A stretch of 41,087 nt of DNA. Origin: an uncultured Myxococcales bacterium. GTDB taxonomy: Bacteria > Myxococcota > UBA4151. The position numbers and the translations under genes were made by a program. The notes under the pieces are model-generated. The model saw only the letters and a program-made list of their open reading frames with translations, had not been told where the DNA came from and made no database searches. Shown here in pieces: positions 18,715 through 27,329 of the stretch (position 1 is the stretch's first letter; each line of letters begins with the position of its first letter). The stretch spans positions 1-41,087 of the forward strand of contig CAXGWI010000018.1 of NCBI GenBank assembly GCA_964013405.1, in the 5' to 3' direction.

Positions 18715-21700
18715 TTAAGCCTGGGGGGCGGCTTGTTCGAGCCGCTCGATCAAGTTGAGGAGTCGTGCGGCCCGTTGGGCTAAGGCGAAGGCTCGACTCT
18801 CGTCTTGGAGTGCCGCACGCTCTTCCATGGTTCGGAGCATCTCTGCTTCCCGATTGTCGACGGCTTGCTGGGCCCGCAGCAACTGGGCGTTTTCGGACTC
18901 GAGTTGACTGATTGCAGCCTCGGCTCTTTGTCGTGCCTCACGCTCCGCTTCTAATTGGGCGGAGTCCTGGGTCTGGTCGGGCTCAGTTATGGAGGGAGCC
19001 TGCTGTTGTTGGAGACGCAGGACCTCTGCTCGCAAGGCATCAAGCTCATCTTGTGCGGTTTCGAGCGCTTCCCGAGCCTCGGCTAACTCAACGCTTTCAT
19101 TGCTTTCTTCATCGTCAACGGGCTGAGGTAGCCCGCTTCTCGCCCGGCGCGCATCCGCGCGTGCCTCTGCTTCTCGTCGTTCTGCAGCCTGCAGTGCTTC
19201 AGAGAGTTCTTGGTCAAAGACCAGGCGGAGCGCTTTGATCTCCTGTCGATAGCGTTGTTCCATCGCCTCGAGCTTCGCGGTTTGTTCTGTTGCTCGCTCT
19301 GCGTTCACCTGCTCGGCAGCCGCGACCGCGGCAATAGCTTGGGCTTTCTCTTCGCTGATGGCCTCCAACTGGGCCTCAGCCTCGGTTCGCTGGGCTTCCG
19401 CCTGGCGCCGGTGCTCCCGGAGCGCATCCACCTCGGTGAGTAGCATGCGGTGCTGTTCCAGCATGTCTTCTAATGATGCACTGGGTTGAGAGAGTTCGCC
19501 GACCTGACTCAGGAGCGCGTCGTGCTCCGATTTCAAGGCCTCTAGATCTCGTCGAGCGACCAAGAGGTCCTGACGCGCGATGGCTGCTTGGTCCGCCTCT
19601 GCCCGCAGCCGGGCGACTTCAGCCTCTTGGCGTGTCCGCTCTTCGATGAGATTGGCGATTCTTGCCTGTTGTTCATGATGAAGGGCTTGGACGTGGCTGG
19701 AACCGGTCGCATCCTGATGACTAATTTGGGATTGGAGTAAGGCACACTCGGCTTCGAGCTTTGCGAGCGTTTCGCCTTGTTCAGCCAGGGCTTTGAGGGA
19801 CGCTTTGAGGGCCTCCTCAGCCTCTGGGCTATTGGAAGCAGGTGAGCCCTTAGCCCGTAACTCGCTCAGGGATTCTTGAACCGTTGATGCGGTGAGTCGC
19901 GCACTCTCTAGGCGGAGGTTAACAGCCTGGAGTTCTTCGTCTCGGGAGGCGATGACATCGACTTGCCTTTTGATCTCTTGCTCGAGCTGCTGCTCCTTAC
20001 CTCTGGATTCGGTGAGTTTTTGGACGAGCTCGAGGCGTTCTTTGACCTCATCATCGATGCGCTCGGCGAGCTCCGAACATTCCTTCTGAGCATCTTCAAA
20101 AGCGCTCGTCCGCCCATGCAGTTGCTGGCGAAGGTCATCCAGTTCGGCGCCACGGGCCTCTTTTTGAGTCTGGAGCTCCTCGATCTCCGCCTCTTGGCGC
20201 TCAAGTTGGCTCACCAGCCCTTGAGCCGTCGTCTCGACTCGACGGCGAAGCTCCGTCTCTTCCTGGAGCTGCGCCTGTTTCGCTTCCAGGGTCGTTTCTA
20301 GGTGGCCGAGTCGCTCGTTAAGGTCTTCCTCTTGGGCCAACGCATGGCTCAACTGCTGTTGGAGATGGGTGGCCAGGGCCGATTGCGAGGCCGCATCACG
20401 ATGGGAGTTGGCCTGGTCTTCAATGAGGGACTGGGCGTCAGCCAGCAGTTGCTCTAACTGGAGGCGCCGCCGTTGGGTTTCCGCCGCATCCAAGCGGACT
20501 CGTCGCAACTCTCGTTGCAAGCGCTGACCCCGGGTGCGGAGGCGATGGCATTCCGCCGATCGCTGTTCTGACGACACGGCGAGGGCTGTGGCCGATCGAC
20601 TGTGGCGATCCCGCTCACGGCTCACCGCGTCGAGGCGACCAGCCAGGGCTTCGCTGTCTTGGTTGCGCGCCTGCTCGCTCTGGTACTGGGATTCAAGGTG
20701 GGTAACCTCGCGCTCCAAACGGCCCACCTCAGCCCTCAACGCTTCTTGGAGGGATTCGAGTTCTGCCCGAACCTCAGCTTGAGCGTCCATCTCGTCTTGC
20801 GCTGTCTGGAGTTTGGCTTCCGCTGCATCGAGGGCCGTCTGCAGAGCCTCTTGAGCAGCGGTTTGGCCCACAGACTCCTGCTGACGCATTTCCGACAATT
20901 GGGCATCTCGTTCTTGCAGTGTGACTTTGAGCTGCCGAGCATCTTCTGTGGCTTGGGTGAGCGCACCGGCGTGGTCGCGCGCTTGAGCTTCCGCCTCACC
21001 AAGACGATGGTTCAGTTCGGCTTCACGCTCGCGCAGATGGACGAGTTGGGTGTCCCGGTCCTGCAGGGCGGATTCTAATTGGCGGTTGTCATCTGAAGCC
21101 TTCTCCAGCGCACTCAATCGGTCCCGCTCTCGGTCTTCGATCTCGCCTAAACGCTGGGTGAGCTGTTGGACGACTGCTTGTTGTTCTTGGCGGCGGGCTC
21201 GACTGCCATCCTCAAGATCGTTGAGTCGCTCGCTGAGACCCGCGACGACCTGTCCCACACGGTCACTGAGCCGGTCGTAACTGAGGGTAACCAGGCGAGC
21301 CTTTGGATCCGGCGGTAACTCAGCCGAAGCACAAATGAGGTAATAGAGGGGCGGCTCTTCAGCTGTGTTGTGAATACGGGCGTCGAAGTGCAACTCCCCG
21401 TCGGCACCATTGGGCAGCATGGCATAGCCGAGAATCGGAACCTGTGATGCCACGGCAACATCGTCAAAGTGGCTTTCTAGTAGATCGATGATCTCGCCAT
21501 AGGCGAGTCGATGGCAGCCCTTCGCGTGGGCCATCATGCTCATGCCGACGTGCTCGCCATCGGCTGGCAGGACCCCCAGCAGGATGCCGTCACCTGTCAT
21601 GACTCGGCTCAGGGACTGTAAGGCCCCAGGGCCGTCGGCTAAGCGGGCGCCGAGATCTTCGACGAAGAGAAGTTCGTGACTCTCCGATGGAATGGCCGAC

Positions 21701-21978
21701 AGGCCGCCTTCCTCATCCCAATTCTCGATGTGACTGGGAAGTTGGGTGCTCCCTGCTCCCAACACGGAAATGGAGGCTGCACCGAGACGCTTAAGCCACA
21801 GCAGGACCTTCTCAGAAGGTTGGCCCACAAAAAGAACAGAGCGATGCTCCAGCCATGGTTCAATGGCCAGGAGTCGTGGCAACTCTTCCAACTCGGTTTC
21901 GACCTGCAGAGCGGTCGTGGAAACGGTTTCCTGCTTGCTCGCCACTTTCAGGTTATCCTGTACCCCGCTACAACCCAT
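18715..21978 (-). CDS. Large coiled-coil protein with an N-terminal degenerate class I SAM-methyltransferase-like domain
   Basis: About 850 aa of E/Q/L/R/A-rich heptads. N-terminal VLFVG, IPSESHELL and SRVMTGDGILL echo MTase motifs. Start codon uncertain. Confidence 0.75.
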   Translation of the reverse strand: MGCSGVQDNLKVASKQETVSTTALQVETELEELPRLLAIEPWLEHRSVLFVGQPSEKVLLWLKRLGAASISVLGAGSTQLPSHIENWDEEGGLSAIPSESHELLFVEDLGARLADGPGALQSLSRVMTGDGILLGVLPADGEHVGMSMMAHAKGCHRLAYGEIIDLLESHFDDVAVASQVPILGYAMLPNGADGELHFDARIHNTAEEPPLYYLICASAELPPDPKARLVTLSYDRLSDRVGQVVAGLSERLNDLEDGSRARRQEQQAVVQQLTQRLGEIEDRERDRLSALEKASDDNRQLESALQDRDTQLVHLREREAELNHRLGEAEAQARDHAGALTQATEDARQLKVTLQERDAQLSEMRQQESVGQTAAQEALQTALDAAEAKLQTAQDEMDAQAEVRAELESLQEALRAEVGRLEREVTHLESQYQSEQARNQDSEALAGRLDAVSRERDRHSRSATALAVSSEQRSAECHRLRTRGQRLQRELRRVRLDAAETQRRRLQLEQLLADAQSLIEDQANSHRDAASQSALATHLQQQLSHALAQEEDLNERLGHLETTLEAKQAQLQEETELRRRVETTAQGLVSQLERQEAEIEELQTQKEARGAELDDLRQQLHGRTSAFEDAQKECSELAERIDDEVKERLELVQKLTESRGKEQQLEQEIKRQVDVIASRDEELQAVNLRLESARLTASTVQESLSELRAKGSPASNSPEAEEALKASLKALAEQGETLAKLEAECALLQSQISHQDATGSSHVQALHHEQQARIANLIEERTRQEAEVARLRAEADQAAIARQDLLVARRDLEALKSEHDALLSQVGELSQPSASLEDMLEQHRMLLTEVDALREHRRQAEAQRTEAEAQLEAISEEKAQAIAAVAAAEQVNAERATEQTAKLEAMEQRYRQEIKALRLVFDQELSEALQAAERREAEARADARRARSGLPQPVDDEESNESVELAEAREALETAQDELDALRAEVLRLQQQQAPSITEPDQTQDSAQLEAEREARQRAEAAISQLESENAQLLRAQQAVDNREAEMLRTMEERAALQDESRAFALAQRAARLLNLIERLEQAAPQA

Positions 21979-22055
21979 CTGGGTTCAAGCTGTGATCCTT
22001 GTGCAAACGTACGCGCGCGGGCGAACAGTGGCAACACCCAGAGCGAGGGAGAAGA

Positions 22056-22658
22056 ATGACTGTCGATTGGACGAAACGCAGGTGGTTCATCATCGTGCTA
22101 TTGGCCGGGGCCGGTTGCACGCAGGCTGCGCGCTCGGGCGCGGCTGAGCTGTGTGGCGAAATGCCCGTTTGCTTTCGAGCCGAGGGAATGATCACCCCGA
22201 CCGGGGCAACCGATGCGCCAGGGCCGTACACTGTGGTTGCGGACGTGGTCTCGGATCAGGCGATTGGCTGGGTCCGCGTCGCTTTTCGGCGGACGCGTCA
22301 GGGAGAGGTTCAGTCCCAGGAAGAGTTTCGACTCGAACGCACGGAGAGTGGCCTTTATATCGGGACCCTCGATGGTCGCAGCGGCGACGTGCTGAATTAC
22401 CGCCTCGACACGGCTCAAGCCGGTTCGACGGATTTGGTCTTTTGGCCCGGCCCTGATGCGGACCAGATGTTGAGCCTTCGTTTGCTCATGCCCGGAGAGG
22501 TTCTTGATGCGGGCCTGCCGGGCGGTGGTCATGATGGAGGCGACGGCGGCCTTCGGGATGGTGGTGTCGAGGATGGTGGCCCCGGGGACGGCTCTGTGGG
22601 GCCGAACGACGGCGGACCACCTGACATCGATGATGCTGGCCTCGTGGATGCGGGCTGA
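22056..22658 (+). CDS. Hypothetical lipoprotein with an acidic Gly/Asp-rich (DGG/DAG) tail
   Basis: GAGGGAG SD; basic N-terminus, hydrophobic stretch and AGAG-C lipobox; repeated DGG at the C-terminus; TGATG coupling to exbB. Confidence 0.7.
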   Translation: MTVDWTKRRWFIIVLLAGAGCTQAARSGAAELCGEMPVCFRAEGMITPTGATDAPGPYTVVADVVSDQAIGWVRVAFRRTRQGEVQSQEEFRLERTESGLYIGTLDGRSGDVLNYRLDTAQAGSTDLVFWPGPDADQMLSLRLLMPGEVLDAGLPGGGHDGGDGGLRDGGVEDGGPGDGSVGPNDGGPPDIDDAGLVDAG

Positions 22659-23257
22659 TGAACGAGTGGTTGCTTCGAGCTGGGTGGCTGGCCTGGCCGC
22701 TGGTGGTCTGCGCCCTTGGCGTTCTCACCATCTTCATCGAGCGATGGTGGTTCTTTCGGCAGCGTAATGTGCTGCCGGCTGCGTGGGCCAGCGAATGCTT
22801 GCAGGCCATTGACGAAGGCAAGAAGTTCGTAACCGTTCGGTTCGTTTCTACCAACGGCTCTGTCGGCGGCCGGTTTGGCGGCGCACTGCTCCAGGCGGCC
22901 GAGGGGGACCCAGCGACTCGCCGGGAGCGTCTGGAGGATGTCGGTCGGCAAATAGGACGCCGCCTTGAACGAGGCATCGATTGGCTCTCGACCCTTGCCG
23001 CTGTGTCCCCGTTGTTGGGTCTCACCGGGACCATCCTCGGGATGATCCAAGTCTTCCAGCGAATTACCGTGGCCGGCGCCGGGGATGCCCAGGTCCTGGC
23101 CGGCGGCATTTGGATGGCGCTGATCACAACGGTTTTGGGCCTGATGGTGGCGATCCCAGCCCTTATTCTTCGGCAAATCTTGATCGGTCGGCTGGAGGCT
23201 CGGATCACCGAGTTGGAAGGCTTTGCCGCGGCCCTGGGTGAACGGATGGATGGATGA
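22658..23257 (+). CDS. exbB: MotA/TolQ/ExbB proton channel family protein
   Basis: TM1 ending IFIERW, SPLLGLTGTILGMIQVF, LAGGIWMALITTVLGLMVAIPA. Confidence 0.92.
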   Translation: MNEWLLRAGWLAWPLVVCALGVLTIFIERWWFFRQRNVLPAAWASECLQAIDEGKKFVTVRFVSTNGSVGGRFGGALLQAAEGDPATRRERLEDVGRQIGRRLERGIDWLSTLAAVSPLLGLTGTILGMIQVFQRITVAGAGDAQVLAGGIWMALITTVLGLMVAIPALILRQILIGRLEARITELEGFAAALGERMDG

Positions 23258-23649
23258 ATTTCCGTCGTGCCGGGCGGCGTCCACCGGCCATCGTCGATCT
23301 AACCGCCCTCATCGATGTGGTCTTCCTGCTGCTGTTGTTCTTCGTTGTGACCGCCAGTTTCGATGCCACTCGCAGTCTCGGTGTGGAGTTGCCCGAAGCG
23401 AAAAAGGGGACGACCCGGCAGGCCCAGGCTGATGTACAGGTTCTCACGATGCTTGAGGATGCAAGTCTGATCCTCGACGGCGAACCCGTTGCCCTTGAAG
23501 ACCTTGCTCATCGTCTGCAGGTGGACACGACGGTTCGCCTCGAGGCCGATGAGGATACCCACCATGGCGAGATCGTCCGCTTGCTCGACGCCCTTCAGCC
23601 GCTGAACCTCAAGGCATTGAGGATTGCGGTGAAGGAGGATAAGCGTTGA
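23254..23649 (+). CDS. exbD: ExbD/TolR family protein
   Basis: DLTALIDVVFLLLLFFVV (conserved TM Asp), VELPEA, EADEDTHHG; ATGA overlap with exbB. Confidence 0.92.
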   Translation: MNFRRAGRRPPAIVDLTALIDVVFLLLLFFVVTASFDATRSLGVELPEAKKGTTRQAQADVQVLTMLEDASLILDGEPVALEDLAHRLQVDTTVRLEADEDTHHGEIVRLLDALQPLNLKALRIAVKEDKR

Positions 23650-23678
23650 GCCCCCATCGATCTGGTTTTGGAGTGGTG

Positions 23679-25097
23679 ATGAAATCGTGCAGACTGCTCG
23701 CGTTCCTACTGTTGGTGCCGCTCCTCGCCGGCTGCCCGATGAACCGGGTTTGCACCGAGAGTTCCCACTGCGGGCCCTTCGCCACTTGTGGTGCCGATGG
23801 CCGCTGTATTCAGGGCTGCAGTCTGGATTCCCACTGTGCCACCGGAGAAACCTGTTCCGATGGTAACTGTGCCCGGTCCTGCGAGGCCGACGGTGAGTGT
23901 GAGGCGGGCCAGCAGTGCATCGAAGCCCGGTGCACGCCCGGCTGTTCACCCACAGCTCCTTGCCCTGTCGGCTTGAGCTGTCGGGAAGGAAGCTGTGGCC
24001 CCGGCTGTGTGACCGATGGGGACTGTGCCGCCGGTAGTTTTTGCAATCAGGATGGGGCCTGCGAGCAGTTCGGGCCCCTCGATGCGGGAACGGTTCAATG
24101 CCAGGGGCATGGGGACTGCCGCGTAGGTGAATATTGCACGGAGTCCAGCCAATGCCGGGTTGGCTGTCGAGACCATAGCGCTTGTCCGCTGGGCTTCTAT
24201 TGTGGCGATGAGCACCGCTGTCTTCGGGGGGACCCGCCCAGCCCAAGTGATGGGGGGCCACAGGACACGGGGCCGAGCCCTGATGGGGTGTCTTTTCGAT
24301 TGAATTGTGGCGTTCTCGGTCAAGAGAATGTCGCACCCCAGGTGCTGGTTTGGCAGGAGTTTACCCTCTACACCGAAGATCCCACCGGTGCACCCCTCAC
24401 GCGGGTCCAGTGGGTCCTCGATGCTGGCGCTGGGGGCGATGGCCTGCGTATCGAACAACCTGGCGACAGTAGCACCCTCGCCCGGGTCCCTCGGGTGGGC
24501 GCTTGGACCTTCACTGTGCGGGCCCATCGGGCCGATGGGGCCCTTGGGACTTGTCTCGTCTCCCTCCAGGCCAATCCACCCACTGAAGGATTTTTCCTCC
24601 AGTTGGCCTGGGAAGGCGATCGGGATTTGGATTTGCACATGGTGCCGCTACGTCATGTGGAGGCCTGCGAGGCTGACGACGAATGCCAGGGCGCAGGCCG
24701 GGAATGTAATCTCAACTTCTGTTCCATGGCCTTTAACACCCAAACGGGAGCGGATAGCGACTGTTGGGCCCGGCAACACCAGCCGGAATGGTCGGCCGAC
24801 GAAGGGCCACGTTACACCCATGATATCCGGGAGGGGGCCGGAACTGAATACATTTGGGCAAGCCGCTTGGCCCAAGAGAGTACCTACCGCATCGCGGTTC
24901 GAACCTTCGGGAACCGGACGAACAGTGCCACTTTGAGGGCCTGGAATGATGGACAGGAGCTCATTGCCGAACAGGCCTTCCGTTTGGGCCCGGCCGGCGA
25001 CGGTGGATGGTACTATGTGGGTCGGCTTCGTCCCGCCGAAAATGGGCTTCAGTGGACGGCTGTGGGCGAGCACTCTCGAGGCGTGCCGAGAGACTAG
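23679..25097 (+). CDS. Cys-rich repeat lipoprotein with a PKD-like and a YfaP/DUF2135-like C-terminal region
   Basis: GGAG SD, LLAG-C lipobox, multiple CxxDxxCxxGxxC repeats, LQLAWEGDRDLDLHM motif. Confidence 0.75.
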   Translation: MKSCRLLAFLLLVPLLAGCPMNRVCTESSHCGPFATCGADGRCIQGCSLDSHCATGETCSDGNCARSCEADGECEAGQQCIEARCTPGCSPTAPCPVGLSCREGSCGPGCVTDGDCAAGSFCNQDGACEQFGPLDAGTVQCQGHGDCRVGEYCTESSQCRVGCRDHSACPLGFYCGDEHRCLRGDPPSPSDGGPQDTGPSPDGVSFRLNCGVLGQENVAPQVLVWQEFTLYTEDPTGAPLTRVQWVLDAGAGGDGLRIEQPGDSSTLARVPRVGAWTFTVRAHRADGALGTCLVSLQANPPTEGFFLQLAWEGDRDLDLHMVPLRHVEACEADDECQGAGRECNLNFCSMAFNTQTGADSDCWARQHQPEWSADEGPRYTHDIREGAGTEYIWASRLAQESTYRIAVRTFGNRTNSATLRAWNDGQELIAEQAFRLGPAGDGGWYYVGRLRPAENGLQWTAVGEHSRGVPRD

Positions 25098-25142
25098 CCC
25101 CGTCGGCTGCGCTGGTGCGACGAGTTGCTCAGCGGTACGCGA

Positions 25143-25171
25143 TTGACACCTTGGTCGGCCGCTCCTAAGCA
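25143..25171 (+). promoter_or_regulatory. Possible sigma70 promoter for fadD-SCP2
   Basis: TTGACA-N17-TAAGCA in the intergenic region. Confidence 0.45.
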
Positions 25172-25206
25172 CGCCTGCCGCCTTGTTGGCGAAGATGGAG
25201 TTCCGC

Positions 25207-26988
25207 TTGGCACGTACGCTCACAAAGATCTTTAGAGATACGGTTGCGACCCGAGGCGCTCGCTCTGCGGTTCAGTTTCGCGAGCAGGGCACCTGGCGCA
25301 GTCTCTCATGGCTTGAACTCGCTGCGAAAGGGGATGTGGTCGCAGCAGGCTTGATCGGCATGGGCATCGAAAAGGGTGACCGAATTTCCATTCTCGGTAA
25401 CACCTGTCTTGAGTGGATCCTCGCTGACCTGGGCGTCATGATGAGCGGTGCTGCGACGGTGACGATCTATCAATCGAACACCGCCAGCGAATGCGCTTTT
25501 ATCATCTCCAATTCGGAGTCTTCCATCGTCTTCGCCGAAGACCAGGAACAGGTGGACAAGCTGAAGTCGATCCGCGCAGAGATTCCCAGCGTTCGCAAGG
25601 TGATCGTCTTTGCGGGCGAGGGGGATGGTGATTGGGTCGTCACTCTGGATGAGGTCATGGCCAATGGTGAGGCTGCCTTGGCGGCCGATGAGAACGTCGT
25701 GTCGACCCGGGAAGCCACGATCACCGCCGATGACCTCATCTGTTTGATCTACACCTCCGGAACGACCGGGCTGCCGAAGGGCGTCGTCCTCACCCATGAG
25801 AATATGGGCTATGAAGCGGAGAGCGTGGAGAATGTGCGCATCCTCTCGGAGGAAGATGTCCAACTCCTGTTCTTGCCGCTGGCCCACGTCTTCGCCCAGG
25901 TTCTCAAGGCTGCGTGGATCGCCACAGGGCACCAACTCGCCTTAACCAGCATGGACACGCTCCTCGATGATATGGCCGAGGTTCGACCGACGCTGATGGC
26001 CTCGGTGCCCCGACTCTTTGAGAAGGTCTACACCGGTGTTGTGGGCAAGGTCAGAGGGGCCAGCGGGCTCAAGGGGGCCTTGGGTAACTGGGCCCTTGAT
26101 GTGGGCGATGAGATGGCTCAACGCTGCATCGATGGGGGCAAGCCCGGTGGGCTCAAATGGGCCCTCGCTAAGAAGCTGGTCTTCGCCAAGATCGCTGCCA
26201 CCCTGGACGAGAAGTTCGGGGGCCGCTTGCGATTCTTTGTCAGCGGTGGGGCGCCACTGAGCCCTCGAATCGCCTACTTTTTCGACTTCGCCGACGTGGA
26301 GATTCTTGAAGGTTACGGGATGACCGAGTCCACGGCTGCCACCTGTGTGAACCGGAGCGGTGAAGGCCGAATCGGCACGGTGGGCCCTGTGCTTCCAGGG
26401 ACTCAGGTCAAAATCGCCACCGACGGCGAGATCTGCATCAAGGGTCCGGGCGTGATGAAGGAATATTGGCGTTTGCCTGAGCAGACGGCGGAGACCATTC
26501 GGGACGGTTGGCTCCATACGGGCGATATCGGTGAGTTCGATGATGGCTATTTGAAGATCACGGGCCGGAAGAAGGAATTGATCGTGACGGCCGGTGGCAA
26601 GAATGTGGCCCCTGCGAAGATCGAGGGGCTTCTCGCGGCGAACCAGTATATCGCCCACGCCGTGGTCCATGGGGACAAGCGAAAGTATCTCTCCGCGTTG
26701 GTGACCTTGGATCCGGAGAACCTGAAAACGTGGGCTGACGAACAGGGCTTGGCCTTCGATGACCTCAGCAGTGCCTCTAAGGACCCTCAGGTTGTCGCGT
26801 TGGTGCAGAGTGTTTTCGACTCGGTGAACAGTGGACTGGCCCGGTATGAGACGATCAAGAAGTTCCGAGTCCTTCCCGTCGAGTTTGAGTTGGGCGATGA
26901 GTTAACGCCCACGCTTAAGGTCAAACGCAACGTGGTCGAGAAGAAGTTCGCCGAGGACCTTGAGTCGATGTACGGCGAGAGTTTCTAA
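25207..26988 (+). CDS. fadD: Long-chain fatty acid--CoA ligase (AMP-binding)
   Basis: IYTSGTTGLPKG, FLPLAH, SGGAPL, EGYGMTE, WLHTGDIG, ELTPTLKVKR. TTG start at 25207 after GGAG (ORF open from 25183). Confidence 0.93.
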   Translation: MARTLTKIFRDTVATRGARSAVQFREQGTWRSLSWLELAAKGDVVAAGLIGMGIEKGDRISILGNTCLEWILADLGVMMSGAATVTIYQSNTASECAFIISNSESSIVFAEDQEQVDKLKSIRAEIPSVRKVIVFAGEGDGDWVVTLDEVMANGEAALAADENVVSTREATITADDLICLIYTSGTTGLPKGVVLTHENMGYEAESVENVRILSEEDVQLLFLPLAHVFAQVLKAAWIATGHQLALTSMDTLLDDMAEVRPTLMASVPRLFEKVYTGVVGKVRGASGLKGALGNWALDVGDEMAQRCIDGGKPGGLKWALAKKLVFAKIAATLDEKFGGRLRFFVSGGAPLSPRIAYFFDFADVEILEGYGMTESTAATCVNRSGEGRIGTVGPVLPGTQVKIATDGEICIKGPGVMKEYWRLPEQTAETIRDGWLHTGDIGEFDDGYLKITGRKKELIVTAGGKNVAPAKIEGLLAANQYIAHAVVHGDKRKYLSALVTLDPENLKTWADEQGLAFDDLSSASKDPQVVALVQSVFDSVNSGLARYETIKKFRVLPVEFELGDELTPTLKVKRNVVEKKFAEDLESMYGESF

Positions 26989-26990
26989 GC

Positions 26991-27329
26991 ATGATGACCA
27001 GTCAAACGAACGCTCGCGAATTTTTCGAACGACAACTTGTGCAGCGGATCACGCCCGAATGGCTGGCTTCAGTCGAGGGTTCCGTCTTCCAGTTCCATAT
27101 CACTGGCGAGGCAGGAGGGTCTTGGATTGTCGACATGCGCAAGACCAGCGAGTGGGTGTCAGAAGGAGAAGATGAGGCCGCAGACTGCACCATCGGACTT
27201 TCTGAGGACGACCTCGTTTTGATCGTCGATGGCCAGTTGAACCCCAACATGGCTTACATGCTCGGGAAGCTTCGAATTACCGGGAACATTGGCCTCAGCC
27301 TGAAGATTCCTCCCTTACTCGCTGGGTAG
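26991..27329 (+). CDS. SCP2 sterol/lipid-binding domain protein
   Basis: FQFHITGEAGGSW, ADCTI, LNPNMAYMLGKLRITGN; 2 bp after fadD. Confidence 0.9.
   Translation: MMTSQTNAREFFERQLVQRITPEWLASVEGSVFQFHITGEAGGSWIVDMRKTSEWVSEGEDEAADCTIGLSEDDLVLIVDGQLNPNMAYMLGKLRITGNIGLSLKIPPLLAG

Noticed and set aside
22500..22658. DGG/DAG repeats as a DNA repeat array or CRISPR
   Set aside because: Low-complexity coding sequence with variable codons; no repeat-spacer structure.
22658..23649. Assignment as the AglR/Q/S gliding motor or Tol-Pal
   Set aside because: Only one ExbD-like gene and no tolA/tolB/pal or glt genes nearby; cannot be assigned without phylogeny.
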